Program-made: the position numbers and the translations under genes
Assembly (NCBI GenBank): GCA_044236265.1
Contig: JBIIGV010000001.1
Span: forward strand, 1 to 64,000
Origin: Oligoflexales bacterium
Lineage (GTDB): Bacteria > Bdellovibrionota_B > Oligoflexia > Oligoflexales > RGVZ01
Direction of reading: 5' to 3'
Length of the DNA stretch: 64,000 nt
Part shown: piece after piece, positions 9,339 to 21,041 of the stretch
Numbering within the stretch: position 1 is the stretch's first letter
Layout: every line of letters starts with the position of its first letter
The notes under the pieces: model-generated
Told to the model about the DNA's origin: nothing
The model's database searches: none
Seen by the model: the letters and a program-made list of their open reading frames with translations, nothing else

Positions 9339-10598
9339 ATGAATCGTTTAAAAAATCTAATACTCATCATAGTGACAGCGGGCCTGGCGGCATCTATGCA
9401 AAGCTGTGGTACTGCCAACGTAAATAAACTGTTTGGCTCGACCGATGACTCCTATGCGGCTCTCCTTCAACGGGCGCAGCTAGCTTATGACGAAGGTGAC
9501 TTTAGCCTGGCCGAAGAGCTAGCCAATAAGGCGTACGCGCGCTCAAGTAATAATGGTGATGCTGGGGTGCTTCTTGGCAATATTTACTTAAGCCAAGCCG
9601 GTATTGATATCTTCCAGGTCGTTCGAAAGCTTTCGACTTTATCGGGATCAAGTTCAGGGTCTACGACAAGCTCAACATGTTCTTCGTCCTCATCATCTGG
9701 TGGAACAAGTTCTTCAAACCCGCTTGGTCAGCTCAGTTGTCTTCTACTTAATTTAACGGATGCCGATAAGGCAGCACTTGGTGCTGAGCAGTCATTTCCT
9801 GGCTTAAACTCTGTTGGAATTACCAAGGTGTATGTTCCAAGTGAAGTAAACGATACACTAAGGGCCAATGTTAAGACACTTGGCGCTCTTGATAAGGGTA
9901 TTCGTAAGCTTTGTCCTTTTGTGAGCCGTAGTCTCGTGTTGTCACAGTCTATTGATGAGCGTCATACAAGCACAACCATTTGCCCAGATCAGACAAGCAC
10001 CGCCTACAATGGTGCCAAGGTCCATATCTCATTTGCCCTTCTGCACTTGATTGAAGCTTTGGTATTTCAGCAGGGTGTTTTGATCGATGGTGTTGCAAGT
10101 AATTCCGGTTACACCGGTGTTCAGACTGTTTCGACCAAAATTAGCTCAGCAAATTTCACGTCTGCAACCGATCTCGTCAACGCACTATCTTCGTTTAAGA
10201 CTATTGTGGACGCATCGTTCGATACAAGTAACACCAAGTCGCAACTTGCCTTGGCTTTAAATGGCCTGATCATGGTGAGCCAATCGTTTGAGGCTGCTGG
10301 CATGCCATCGTCAGTGACATCTATTATTACGTCCCAGCTTACCAAACTTAAGCAAATGGCTAGCACCCTTAAGACGTCTGCCGGCGGAACCGGAAGTGAC
10401 AGCACCTACCAGGCTCAGGCCCTAAAAGGGCAAATGAACGAAAACTACGCGAAAGCCATGGCAGCCAAAATTAACACTCAGTGCCCAACTGCGGGAAGCT
10501 GTACCTCAACTGAAAAAACACAGTTATGTACTAGTTACGCTAGTATTAGTCAGGGCGTAGACCCCACAAAGGTTCAAAAACCAACCATTTGCCAGTAA
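9339..10598 (+). CDS. Hypothetical lipoprotein with N-terminal TPR-like segment, Ser-rich linker and several Cys
   Basis: AAGGAG RBS before ATG 9339; lipobox-like LAASMQS-C; AQLAYDEGDFSLAEELA...LLGNIYL TPR pattern. Confidence 0.7.
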   Translation: MNRLKNLILIIVTAGLAASMQSCGTANVNKLFGSTDDSYAALLQRAQLAYDEGDFSLAEELANKAYARSSNNGDAGVLLGNIYLSQAGIDIFQVVRKLSTLSGSSSGSTTSSTCSSSSSSGGTSSSNPLGQLSCLLLNLTDADKAALGAEQSFPGLNSVGITKVYVPSEVNDTLRANVKTLGALDKGIRKLCPFVSRSLVLSQSIDERHTSTTICPDQTSTAYNGAKVHISFALLHLIEALVFQQGVLIDGVASNSGYTGVQTVSTKISSANFTSATDLVNALSSFKTIVDASFDTSNTKSQLALALNGLIMVSQSFEAAGMPSSVTSIITSQLTKLKQMASTLKTSAGGTGSDSTYQAQALKGQMNENYAKAMAAKINTQCPTAGSCTSTEKTQLCTSYASISQGVDPTKVQKPTICQ

Positions 10599-10635
10599 AC
10601 CCATCAGTTTTCTCGAGAGATTTAAGTTTACCGTC

Positions 10636-10690
10636 CCAAACTAACGGATTAAGGTGTCACACAGATGACCTTAGTCCGTTTTAGATTTGG
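10636..10690 (+). promoter_or_regulatory. Long imperfect inverted repeat immediately upstream of the amnB RBS
   Basis: AACGGATTAAGG (10643-10654) pairs with CCTTAGTCCGTT (10669-10680) with one G-U; outer CCAAA/TTTGG arms. Confidence 0.6.
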
Positions 10691-10700
10691 AAAGGCTTGA

Positions 10701-12433
<1,733 letters not shown>

Positions 12434-12443
12434 GAACGGCATT

Positions 12444-13241
12444 TCACTGCCAGGCATGCCGCATGCCGCCGTCGACAGGAATGTTTGCACCGGTGATAAA
12501 GCTAGCCTTTTCACTCGCTAAAAATGCCACAAGTGAGGCTAACTCATGGGGCTCGCCAAGGCGGCCCATCGGGATTGTCTTGGCCGTCTTTTCCATCTCG
12601 AATGCAAGTGTTGAGCCATCGCGTTCGGCTTTTGCTTTGCGCAGATTAACAATACGGTCCGTGTGAATCACACCTGGAAGAACTGTGTTGGCTGTGATGC
12701 CAAAGGGTGCCACCTCTTTGCTCAGAGTTTTCATAAATGCAGTCACGGCAGTTCGCATGGCAGTCGAGACCACGAGATGATCAATCGGCTCTAAAACAGA
12801 CAGAGATGTGATGGTTATAATGCGGCCATGTTTTTGTGCCTTCATGGCAGGGATCATACTTTGAGTGAGTAATGTGGCACTTAAAAATATTTGATCAAAG
12901 CCGCTGCGCCAGGCCTCAATACCTGTTGTCTCGGCGGCAGATGGCGGAGGCCCTCCGACGTTATTGACTAGAATGTCGATGCCACCAAGACGCTGTCTGA
13001 CCTTTTCAGCAAAAGGCCCTAGTTCTGAGGGTTTTGATAGATCCACTGTCACTATATGAGGGTGATCACTGCGCTTTGCATAGTTTGCAATAGATTCGGC
13101 GGCCTCTTTAAGGCTTTTTTCGCCGCGCCCGCAAATGACAAGTTCAGCGCCTTCAGCAAAAAGTTCTTTTGCGACCGCAAGCCCAAGTCCCTGACTGGAG
13201 GCGCAGACAAGTGCTTTTTTACCCTTGAGATTTAGATCCAT
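12444..13241 (-). CDS. SDR family oxidoreductase (atypical FabG-like)
   Basis: KALVCASSQGLG, DILVNNVGGPP, GITANTVLPG, IPMGRLG, FITGANIPVDGG. Confidence 0.9.
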   Translation of the reverse strand: MDLNLKGKKALVCASSQGLGLAVAKELFAEGAELVICGRGEKSLKEAAESIANYAKRSDHPHIVTVDLSKPSELGPFAEKVRQRLGGIDILVNNVGGPPPSAAETTGIEAWRSGFDQIFLSATLLTQSMIPAMKAQKHGRIITITSLSVLEPIDHLVVSTAMRTAVTAFMKTLSKEVAPFGITANTVLPGVIHTDRIVNLRKAKAERDGSTLAFEMEKTAKTIPMGRLGEPHELASLVAFLASEKASFITGANIPVDGGMRHAWQ

Positions 13242-13254
13242 ACTTTGTCCTTGG

Positions 13255-13920
13255 TTAGGAAATGTCTCGTCCAGCGTACTTTATTAAATACCTGGCCCAC
13301 TTTATGTATTCTTCAAAAACAAATAGGAGGCCACGCTCTGTTTTCCACCAATTAGACTTATCGTATGGAATGGCATCAATAGGCAACATCTCAATTTTAA
13401 TGTCGCTATCTGTCAGAGCTTTGTCGATGGTCCAGGCGGCCCGCGCTGAATGCGGCCAGCTCGTCACGACCACAAGTCGAGCTGGTTTTTGAGATAGACT
13501 CAGTAGAAGTTTCTTCATGGCAACAGCTTCCTCGGCTGTCGAAGAAACCCGTCCAAAATCGGAGATGACGGAGATTTTGGAGTCATCAATACCGTAGCTC
13601 TTTAAAATATTTAACGTCAGTGATTGCTCTGAGGGAATAAGACCTTGCTCTTCAACGGCGTTCATTTCGGGCGTTATAAAAATAATGCGATCAGAGACTT
13701 TGGCGAGTAAGGCCTTGGCTGCTCCTTGAGGCCTAACCTCGACTCCCCCCATGAGCAGCCAAATAGCGTCAGCACCATCTTTAGGATGATCGTTTTTGTA
13801 AAGAAGTGCACCCATCGGATAAAAAACAATAGCCGGCCAAACAACGATCGCTGCGATGACGCCAAATAGAATCAGCCACTTCAGTATTTTAATTTTAAGA
13901 CGGGCAAATAGTTCTTTCAT
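13255..13920 (-). CDS. YdcF/DUF218 (ElyC/SanA-like) family membrane-anchored protein
   Basis: N-terminal TM, DAIWLLMGG, SSTAEEA, VVVTSWPHSARA, EYIK; ATGA overlap with the upstream gene. Confidence 0.8.
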   Translation of the reverse strand: MKELFARLKIKILKWLILFGVIAAIVVWPAIVFYPMGALLYKNDHPKDGADAIWLLMGGVEVRPQGAAKALLAKVSDRIIFITPEMNAVEEQGLIPSEQSLTLNILKSYGIDDSKISVISDFGRVSSTAEEAVAMKKLLLSLSQKPARLVVVTSWPHSARAAWTIDKALTDSDIKIEMLPIDAIPYDKSNWWKTERGLLFVFEEYIKWARYLIKYAGRDIS

Positions 13921-15188
13921 AGGAACCAGTAGCAAAGGCAGGCTAAAATTGTGGGCGGAACGGCAGCAATGAAAAGCCTTAGAGGGTTAATGCTTCCTTC
14001 GCCGAACCCGTCTTTTAAGAGGCCGACTGCAATTGGATTTGGAGCATTGGCGATCACGGTAAGTCCGCCTCCCGCAACAGCGCCAGCAACTAAAACATAT
14101 TTTGATACGTCCGATAACCCGGGCACGAGCGTACCCAGATATGTCAGGGCGGCATTATCAGTTATGCCGGTAAGAAGTGTTGCCCCTATAAACAGTGGAA
14201 ATGCATCAAGTGAGCCAACGAGTGGCGCAATCCACCACCGCTGAAGTTGCCCCAATGTCACAAGCCCTCCAAGGAAAAATCCAACCAGTAGGGCTTCACG
14301 AAGCTTCATTGGATCTTGGTACTCTTTGGTTACGTCAGACCAGCCAAGGAATAGGAGGAACAGTGGCAAGAAGAAGGCAACACTGGTGTGATACTTCACC
14401 ACGAGTGCGATAAAGAATACATGACTTAAAAACATCCAAAACGGAATTCGTTCAGACGAATAGTTAGAGCGTGGAAGAGTAAGGCGCGATAGTTCCTTAA
14501 AGTTAAGCAGATACAATGCAAGCGCATTGACTCCGACGGCAAGTGCACTTTTCCATCCAAAGTTTTTTAACATAAACATCAAATCCCAATTCCACTTACT
14601 TGCAACCATGATGACTGGAGGTGCCGCGAAGTGGGTCAATGTACCGCCAATACTGACGTTGACTAACAAGATAGCGAGTGTTCCGTAGCGCAGGGCTGAC
14701 GAACAGCCTCTAACAAAAATAAGTGGTCTTAACAGCAATGCAGCAACAACCATGGCTGCAGGTTCGGTGATAAAGGAGCCAAGGATAGGAGCTAAGGTCA
14801 GAGTTAACAGAAAATACGCCGATGTCTGCATCTTCTGTGGGGCAAAAGAAGACAATGCAAAAAATAACCGAGTACAGGCTGACATAACAGGCTTAGTGGC
14901 AGCCATGGTCATGATCACAAACACAAAGGTTGCTTCTGTGAAGTTTACAGATTCAAGATATTTAACAGCGTAGTCGACGTTATGGCTTAGGCTTAAGTAG
15001 GCAAAAAACACTCCGGCCCATAGTCCAAAAACAACTTCAACTTCAGCCATATAGTGAAGAAAGTTCTCTGCTAGCGAGCCTTGCCGAAACTTTTCGGCCC
15101 AGATAGCAAAAAATTTGGTGCAAAACGTGTGAAATACCGCAGCCCCAAAGCAGATGGTCGCGACTAGTTCTTCCGGAGAAGCATTCAT
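13917..15188 (-). CDS. Putative Na+/H+ antiporter (DUF1504-like)
   Basis: Polytopic; EVEVVFGLW, GSFITEPAAM, NVSIGGTLTHFAAPPV, ITDNAALTYL, GGGLTVIANAPNP. Confidence 0.82.
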   Translation of the reverse strand: MNASPEELVATICFGAAVFHTFCTKFFAIWAEKFRQGSLAENFLHYMAEVEVVFGLWAGVFFAYLSLSHNVDYAVKYLESVNFTEATFVFVIMTMAATKPVMSACTRLFFALSSFAPQKMQTSAYFLLTLTLAPILGSFITEPAAMVVAALLLRPLIFVRGCSSALRYGTLAILLVNVSIGGTLTHFAAPPVIMVASKWNWDLMFMLKNFGWKSALAVGVNALALYLLNFKELSRLTLPRSNYSSERIPFWMFLSHVFFIALVVKYHTSVAFFLPLFLLFLGWSDVTKEYQDPMKLREALLVGFFLGGLVTLGQLQRWWIAPLVGSLDAFPLFIGATLLTGITDNAALTYLGTLVPGLSDVSKYVLVAGAVAGGGLTVIANAPNPIAVGLLKDGFGEGSINPLRLFIAAVPPTILACLCYWFL

Positions 15189-15335
15189 AGAAAGTTCCTT
15201 AGTAAAGTGATCGTCATATCATACAGTAATGATGAGGCGGTGTTCTAGGATTTCAGAAGTTTTTTAGGAGCTTGGTTAGTTTTTCTGTCATAATGGGTCA
15301 GCATCTGATTGCTAGACCTACTTCAAAGACATCCC

Positions 15336-16541
15336 ATGGAACAATCTGACCAACAGACGCCAAAACATTTAAAGCCTGCCCTACCCGTGCGCCTTGGTGT
15401 CGTCTCATTTTTAAACGATTGCTCTGGAGAGATTTTGACTAGGTCTCTCCCACTGTATTTCACAACGACCCTTGGTCTTAGTCCAGTTATCCTCGGCTTG
15501 ATCGAAGGGGTCGCTGACACCGTGACGATCGTGGTCACGGCGGTGTCAGGATGGTTGTCAGATCGGATGAATTCTCGCAAGCCACTCGTCACAGTGGGCT
15601 ACGGGATATCCGCTTTCGGAAGGACATTGATGTTTTTTACTGGTGTGGCGCCATTGATCGCGGCAGCACGCATTTTAGACCGCTTTGGAAAAGGTGTGAG
15701 GACGGCTCCAAGAGATGCTTTGATTGCCGATGATTCCCATCGTGGAAATGTTGGACGAGCATTTGGCGTGGCCCGCAGTCTTGATACTGTTGGAGCGGTG
15801 ACCGGCCTGGCCTTAGCCATCATGCTGGGTATTGGCGCCTCATCGATGACGACTGAATTATTTCAAAAAATGCTTCTCACATCTGTGCCATTTGCTTGGT
15901 TGGCTGTGATTGTTTTGCAGGTATGGGTTCCCCACCTGCCACGTGTAACTCACGCTAAAACATATTTGTCATGGCACGTCCCGAAAGAGATAAGGCCTTT
16001 TCTTACGGCAGTAGCAGTCTTCGCTTTGGGTAACTCTTCAGATGCCTTCCTTGTACTACGCGCCAAGGAAATGGGCTTTGATTTCGGGGCGATCCTTAGC
16101 TTATTTATTGTCTATAATATTTTGGCCTCGGTGGTTGGATGGCTAGTCGGGCAATGGTCAGATAAATTCGGACGCAAAAGATTTTTGATCATCGGATGGC
16201 TAGTCTACGTTTTAGCTTACGCGCTCCTGGCGCAGCCTCTTTCGATGGCTACTTTCGGTGTCGTGTTTTCTGTTTACGGTGCGTTCTACGGTTTAACGGA
16301 CGGCGTTGAAAAAGCTCTTTTGGCAGATCTTCTGCCAGCAAAAAAAAGAGGACTTGGCTACGGCGCATTTCAGATGACGCTCGCCACCGTGGCGATCCCA
16401 GCAAATTTGATCACAGGCTTTGTCGCTACAAAATTTGGTCTCGCCAAGGCGCTGATGCTTTCGAGCGTATTTTCGGCTTTGGGTCTTTTGATCCTTGTCG
16501 CCTTGCTACCAAAACTTAACCCCACCGGCGATGCAACTTAA
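15336..16541 (+). CDS. MFS transporter
   Basis: About 12 TM; GWLSDRMNSRKP, DRFGKGVRTAPRDALIAD, GQWSDKFGRKR. Confidence 0.9.
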   Translation: MEQSDQQTPKHLKPALPVRLGVVSFLNDCSGEILTRSLPLYFTTTLGLSPVILGLIEGVADTVTIVVTAVSGWLSDRMNSRKPLVTVGYGISAFGRTLMFFTGVAPLIAAARILDRFGKGVRTAPRDALIADDSHRGNVGRAFGVARSLDTVGAVTGLALAIMLGIGASSMTTELFQKMLLTSVPFAWLAVIVLQVWVPHLPRVTHAKTYLSWHVPKEIRPFLTAVAVFALGNSSDAFLVLRAKEMGFDFGAILSLFIVYNILASVVGWLVGQWSDKFGRKRFLIIGWLVYVLAYALLAQPLSMATFGVVFSVYGAFYGLTDGVEKALLADLLPAKKRGLGYGAFQMTLATVAIPANLITGFVATKFGLAKALMLSSVFSALGLLILVALLPKLNPTGDAT

Positions 16542-17533
16542 GCGTTATGACTGGATCCTGCGATCAGGATACCTTCATGGTGACACAGGGTCACCAAATC
16601 ATCGGAAAGTGGGCATTCGAGCTGAACATCTTTTCCAGTGAGAGGATGTATAAAATTAAGCTTCCAGGCATGAAGCGCATGGCGAGGAAATCCAGCAAGT
16701 TCTTTAACCCGCGCAGAGTTTCCCTCTTTTCTATAAAGCTCAAGAATTGATGGATCAGCACCGTAAACTTTGTCGCCAATCAGTGGATGACCAGCTGCAG
16801 CCACATGGACTCTTATCTGATTTGTACGACCGGTGAGCGGTTTAGCTTCAAGAAGAGTTGCCGTTTTGCCACGACCAAGGACTCTGAAAACGGTTGATGC
16901 GGCATCTCCCAGCTCTGATATTTCTGAGCGGTTTGTCCGCTCGTAACGTTCAGACTTGATCGCAAGATTTACGTCCCAGATGTCTTGCTCGGGATGCCCT
17001 GAGGCAACAGCAAGGTAGGTTTTTCGAACCTGCTTATGAGTCCACATATCTGTGAGTCTAGCGCGAACAGCAGGTTGTCGTGCGCACAAAAGTAGCCCAC
17101 TTGTCTCTCGGTCTAGGCGGTGAACTGGAGTCCAGCCCGCCCCTAAAACCTCTGGTAAGACTCCGGCCACGGTTCGCCTGCGGTAGTAGCCAGCCTCATG
17201 CATCGGAAGGCCAGCCGGTTTAACCACTGCGGCCAGTTCACCATCACACCAGAGAATGCGCATATTAGTATCGACCTCAGGCTCTTCTTCAAAGGGGTGA
17301 AGACGTCTCAGTTCGTCACCCATTTGCAGCCTTTGGGAGGGTTTGCGTGCTTTGTTGCCATTGACAAGAACGACGCCATTGAAGATTTCACGCTGCCAGG
17401 CCGCCCGACTGAAGAAGGGAAACTTTCCGGCCAGATATTCGTCAAGGCGTCGCCCCACGGCCTGCTCATCGATAGGCAGACCAAGGCGCCTTGTTTCTTC
17501 ACTCCAACTGGATTCTTTCACGGCAGTAAGCAC
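16538..17533 (-). CDS. RluA/RluD-family pseudouridine synthase with S4 domain
   Basis: RLDEYL S4 start, KPAGL, HRLDRETSG catalytic Asp motif, TGRTNQIRVH, GHPLIGD, ALHA. Confidence 0.92.
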   Translation of the reverse strand: MLTAVKESSWSEETRRLGLPIDEQAVGRRLDEYLAGKFPFFSRAAWQREIFNGVVLVNGNKARKPSQRLQMGDELRRLHPFEEEPEVDTNMRILWCDGELAAVVKPAGLPMHEAGYYRRRTVAGVLPEVLGAGWTPVHRLDRETSGLLLCARQPAVRARLTDMWTHKQVRKTYLAVASGHPEQDIWDVNLAIKSERYERTNRSEISELGDAASTVFRVLGRGKTATLLEAKPLTGRTNQIRVHVAAAGHPLIGDKVYGADPSILELYRKEGNSARVKELAGFPRHALHAWKLNFIHPLTGKDVQLECPLSDDLVTLCHHEGILIAGSSHNA

Positions 17534-17650
17534 CCGAATTTAAATCTATAAACTTCACAATGACGCTGTTTTGGAGCGTGTTTTTTACTCAACCATTGTG
17601 TTTACCATGGAGGTGATTTTAGGCTACACTTCTTTGCTGTTTGGCGAATT

Positions 17651-18475
17651 TTGATAAAGGCTCTCTGGAGACGTCCGTTGTTTTATCGTCTGCTGTTAAT
17701 TTTTCTCATAACTTCGGTAACTTGGCTGCCGCAACAGGCACGTTCTGAGGACGAAAAGCCTTACATCATGGGATCACTTGGAGACTCTATTTCGGCCGGT
17801 TTTAATGCATGGCGATACGGCGACAACCGAGAGCTTAGCTGGGCCGGGGGTCTTGATCCTCAAGGTTTAGTTGAAAGTCATGCCAGACGACTCAAAAATC
17901 AACTGGTTGGTCGCGACCTGGTTGTTGTGAACGAAGCGTTTGTCGGCGCTGAAGTCAGACAACTTCAAAGGCAAGCGGCCAGGCTTTTAAAATCAAAACC
18001 AGACTATGTCACCATCGCTATCGGTGCTAACGACGTTTGCACATGGTATGAAGACTACCTACCGAAGCTTGAATCCTACAAACAACATCTGACCCAAGTC
18101 ATTGATCGCTTGATTGAGGCTAATCCCAAAATCAAAATTGTTTTACTTCCGGTCCCATCTATTCCGTTGATGTATGAACTCGGCCTAAAACGTTCTGGCT
18201 GCCAGGCAAAGTGGGACACGATGGGTGTTTGTAAACCAATTTTGGCGGCTGATCGCACACCACAGCAACGCCAAGATTTTACGGCAAGATTCGAACACCT
18301 TAACCAGACTATTGGCGCTATAGCCGCGCAATATTCAATCAACGTGCGTTTTGTTCCGGAAATCGCAAAAGCTGCTTTTGATGACTCGATGATCTCGCCC
18401 TTGGACTGTTTCCATCCAAGCATAGAGGGCCATAACTTTATCAGTGACCTAAGCTTTGATCCAACATGGTACTAA
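17651..18475 (+). CDS. Secreted SGNH/GDSL hydrolase
   Basis: Signal peptide; GDSIS block I, GANDVC block III, DCFHP block V. Confidence 0.88.
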   Translation: MIKALWRRPLFYRLLLIFLITSVTWLPQQARSEDEKPYIMGSLGDSISAGFNAWRYGDNRELSWAGGLDPQGLVESHARRLKNQLVGRDLVVVNEAFVGAEVRQLQRQAARLLKSKPDYVTIAIGANDVCTWYEDYLPKLESYKQHLTQVIDRLIEANPKIKIVLLPVPSIPLMYELGLKRSGCQAKWDTMGVCKPILAADRTPQQRQDFTARFEHLNQTIGAIAAQYSINVRFVPEIAKAAFDDSMISPLDCFHPSIEGHNFISDLSFDPTWY

Positions 18476-18477
18476 AT

Positions 18478-19236
18478 ATGACACAGCAATCCGCGGCGAC
18501 AGATGCAATGAATACAGACTTGTTAATCAAGTTGGCTCCCTTTATTGCTGGTGTTCGCGCCTATCACCATCATACGGCCCTCGGACTTGATAAGTTGCCT
18601 GAGGGTGGGATGATCTTGGCTGCCAACCACAGTCTTGCGAGCTACGATATCGCCCTATTAATGGCTGCTATCTACGAATACTCAAACCGTATACCTCGTG
18701 CACTGATTGATCGGCTTTTTTTCAAAGTTCCTGGTCTGGGAGCGATCATGGAATCACTGGGTAGCCGAGAAGGCTCCCAGGAAAACGCGGTCAATTTACT
18801 TAAAAGCGGTGAGATCATTGTCATTGCTCCGGGTGGTATGCGCGAGGCTCTCAGGCCGTCTCGCGAGAAGTACAAAGTTATGTGGAGTCGTCGTAAAGGC
18901 TTTGCGAAGCTTTCCATTGAGTCTGGCGTGCCGATTGTCCTCGCTGCTTGTCCTGCGGCCGATGATATTTACGATATTGCACCAAGTCATTTGACGGCTT
19001 GGGCTTATAAGACTTTGAAAGTGCCACTATTCTTTGCCAAAGGGTTTGGCTATTCGCCAATTCCAAAGCCTGTTCTTTTGACGCATTTGGTGAGCGAACC
19101 CCTCTATCCACCCAAAAAGTCAGACAGCCCGGAAGAGATGACCAAGCGTGTAAATGAGTTTCACGCAAGAATCGCTAAGCGTATGGACGAACTCATGGCA
19201 GAGGCAGTCGCAAAGACCGTCAACAAGAGGATATAA
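18478..19236 (+). CDS. Lysophospholipid/PlsC-family acyltransferase
   Basis: NHSLASYD (HX4D), IAPGGMREA, RKGFAKLSIESGVPIV. Confidence 0.87.
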   Translation: MTQQSAATDAMNTDLLIKLAPFIAGVRAYHHHTALGLDKLPEGGMILAANHSLASYDIALLMAAIYEYSNRIPRALIDRLFFKVPGLGAIMESLGSREGSQENAVNLLKSGEIIVIAPGGMREALRPSREKYKVMWSRRKGFAKLSIESGVPIVLAACPAADDIYDIAPSHLTAWAYKTLKVPLFFAKGFGYSPIPKPVLLTHLVSEPLYPPKKSDSPEEMTKRVNEFHARIAKRMDELMAEAVAKTVNKRI

Positions 19237-19241
19237 GTATT

Positions 19242-20372
19242 GTGCAGATCTCTGATGTGTCTGAGCAAATGACAAGACTTTGGATAGCTCAGCTATACAA
19301 AGAACATAAGGAGATTGCCTGGTATCACCGAGTAGCTTTGCGACCGGTCGTTATTCGTATTGCTGACATGTCGTCCAATTGGGGGCAATGGGATTCCTTT
19401 CTTCGCACAATTACCCTTAGTGAAAAATTAATTCGTGAACATTCGTGGGACGTGGTGCTCGAAGTCCTAAAGCATGAGATGGCGCATCAGTATGTTTCCG
19501 AGTGTGTGCCGGACGCAGGCTTTAAGCCACACGGCGATGTTTTCAAGGATGCCTGCCGTAGGCTTGGTGTCGCGACATGGGCAGCGAAGGCAACGGGAGA
19601 CATTCCTCGTGAGATTCCGACAATCAGAGAGCGCGTTTTGACCCAAGATGACGCACGGCTTCTTGAAAAGGTAGAAAAACTACTGTCTTTAGCCAGTTCT
19701 AGTAATGAGCATGAATCGTTGCTTGCGATGGAGAAAGTCCGTGAGCTTTACGCTAAGCATAATCTCGACCGCATCAAACAATCCTTGTTTGATGACGTTA
19801 TGGATAGTCTCTACCTCACAAAAAATAAGAAAAAAACTGACCCAACTGAGGCGAAGATACTGTCCATCCTCAATGACCACTTCAACGTGAAAGTGATTCA
19901 TACACATCTCTATAATGCCAAAGACTGCCAGCGCTATAAAGCAGCCGAAATTCTTGGCCGTCGCGAAAATATTCTCATGGCAGAATTTGTTTATTTCTTT
20001 CTTAATCAGCAAATTGAAAGCCTGTGGAAGGCGCATAAGAAATCTAGCGGGTGTGCAGGCAGTCTTCGTCGCAGCTATCAAATGGGTGTCTTAAGCGGCT
20101 TTGACGAAAAGCTTGCTAACGCGGGCTCTGTTGAGGCTAAGGTCGCCCAAAATATCAGTGTTGCTACGACTGAGCTAAGGTCATTAATGAAGATCGAACG
20201 CAGTCACTTGGATGAATTCGTCGAAAAAAAATACCCCCGCCTGTCCAAAAAATCTTGGGGCGGGGGACGTTTTGATTCGGGAACATTCGCAACCGGTAAA
20301 TCTGCTGGCCGAAGCCTTAATTTAAACCGCCCCATGACCTCAAGTGGCCGCTTTGGGGGTTATCTTACCTAG
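19242..20372 (+). CDS. SprT-like metallopeptidase fused to DUF2786-like domain
   Basis: VLKHEMAHQY (HExxH) plus PHG third ligand; KVEKLLSLASSSNEHE...LYAKHNL DUF2786 pattern; C-terminal GKSAGRSLNL. Confidence 0.8.
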   Translation: MQISDVSEQMTRLWIAQLYKEHKEIAWYHRVALRPVVIRIADMSSNWGQWDSFLRTITLSEKLIREHSWDVVLEVLKHEMAHQYVSECVPDAGFKPHGDVFKDACRRLGVATWAAKATGDIPREIPTIRERVLTQDDARLLEKVEKLLSLASSSNEHESLLAMEKVRELYAKHNLDRIKQSLFDDVMDSLYLTKNKKKTDPTEAKILSILNDHFNVKVIHTHLYNAKDCQRYKAAEILGRRENILMAEFVYFFLNQQIESLWKAHKKSSGCAGSLRRSYQMGVLSGFDEKLANAGSVEAKVAQNISVATTELRSLMKIERSHLDEFVEKKYPRLSKKSWGGGRFDSGTFATGKSAGRSLNLNRPMTSSGRFGGYLT

Positions 20373-20376
20373 CTGA

Positions 20377-20766
20377 TCAATCAGCTTTGATCACGTACTC
20401 TTCGCAAGCAAGTTCTTGGATGACTTCAACATTATTTCTAACGAAAACCATGTCACCTGCAAAGAATTCACCGTCGTAATCATTGGAGATGGCAACTTTC
20501 AAAGTTTCATCCTTTGATGTGAAGGTGACGATGTCGTCCAGGTGAATACGATCGGAAATAAATTTTTCAATACTTTCAACACCGGTTTGGCCAAGCGTGC
20601 CAACTGTTACAATTTGTTTGTCCCCGGCTTGCTCTGTCCAGACCATGTAGTTGGCTTCACTGCCACGTGGATGACATTGAAAACCAGCAATCTTGGTGAC
20701 CGGGTCAGCGGCAAGAGCTTGGGTGGTTAGAAGTGCGGTGGAGACAAGGGTCAGTAACGTTTTCAT
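20377..20766 (-). CDS. Small secreted hypothetical protein
   Basis: Sec signal MKTLLTLVSTALLTTQALA; two Cys near the ends; GAGG RBS. Confidence 0.75.
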   Translation of the reverse strand: MKTLLTLVSTALLTTQALAADPVTKIAGFQCHPRGSEANYMVWTEQAGDKQIVTVGTLGQTGVESIEKFISDRIHLDDIVTFTSKDETLKVAISNDYDGEFFAGDMVFVRNNVEVIQELACEEYVIKAD

Positions 20767-21041
20767 GGATGGCCTCTTTTGGTGTGTTTTTGACGGTTTA
20801 AACGCTCGCTACGAGCCTCTCCTACGCTGCCCTGAAAGGCTTGTCAACCGGGACTTTGATGGTTTTTTAGGCAATTTTATAAGTCCCGAAAAGGACTAAA
20901 TTTGAGCCAATTGGCCAACTTCAAAATTGGCCGATCCGCCAATAGATTCTGGGTATTTGGCCCCAGGCCTTGATACAATAGTGGCATCGAGCCACGCCTT
21001 CTAGCTGTGCCCAAAGACCTACCCATTTGGAGTGTTGCCCC

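Noticed and set aside
9640..9720. Ser-rich stretch as a DNA tandem repeat or contingency locus
   Set aside because: Codons are varied with no exact repeat unit; it is an ordinary protein linker.
12444..13241. SDR as the downstream enzyme of the amnBA pathway
   Set aside because: It is convergent, belongs to the DUF1504-YdcF-SDR run, and is not an aldehyde dehydrogenase (AmnC); no evidence of linkage beyond adjacency.
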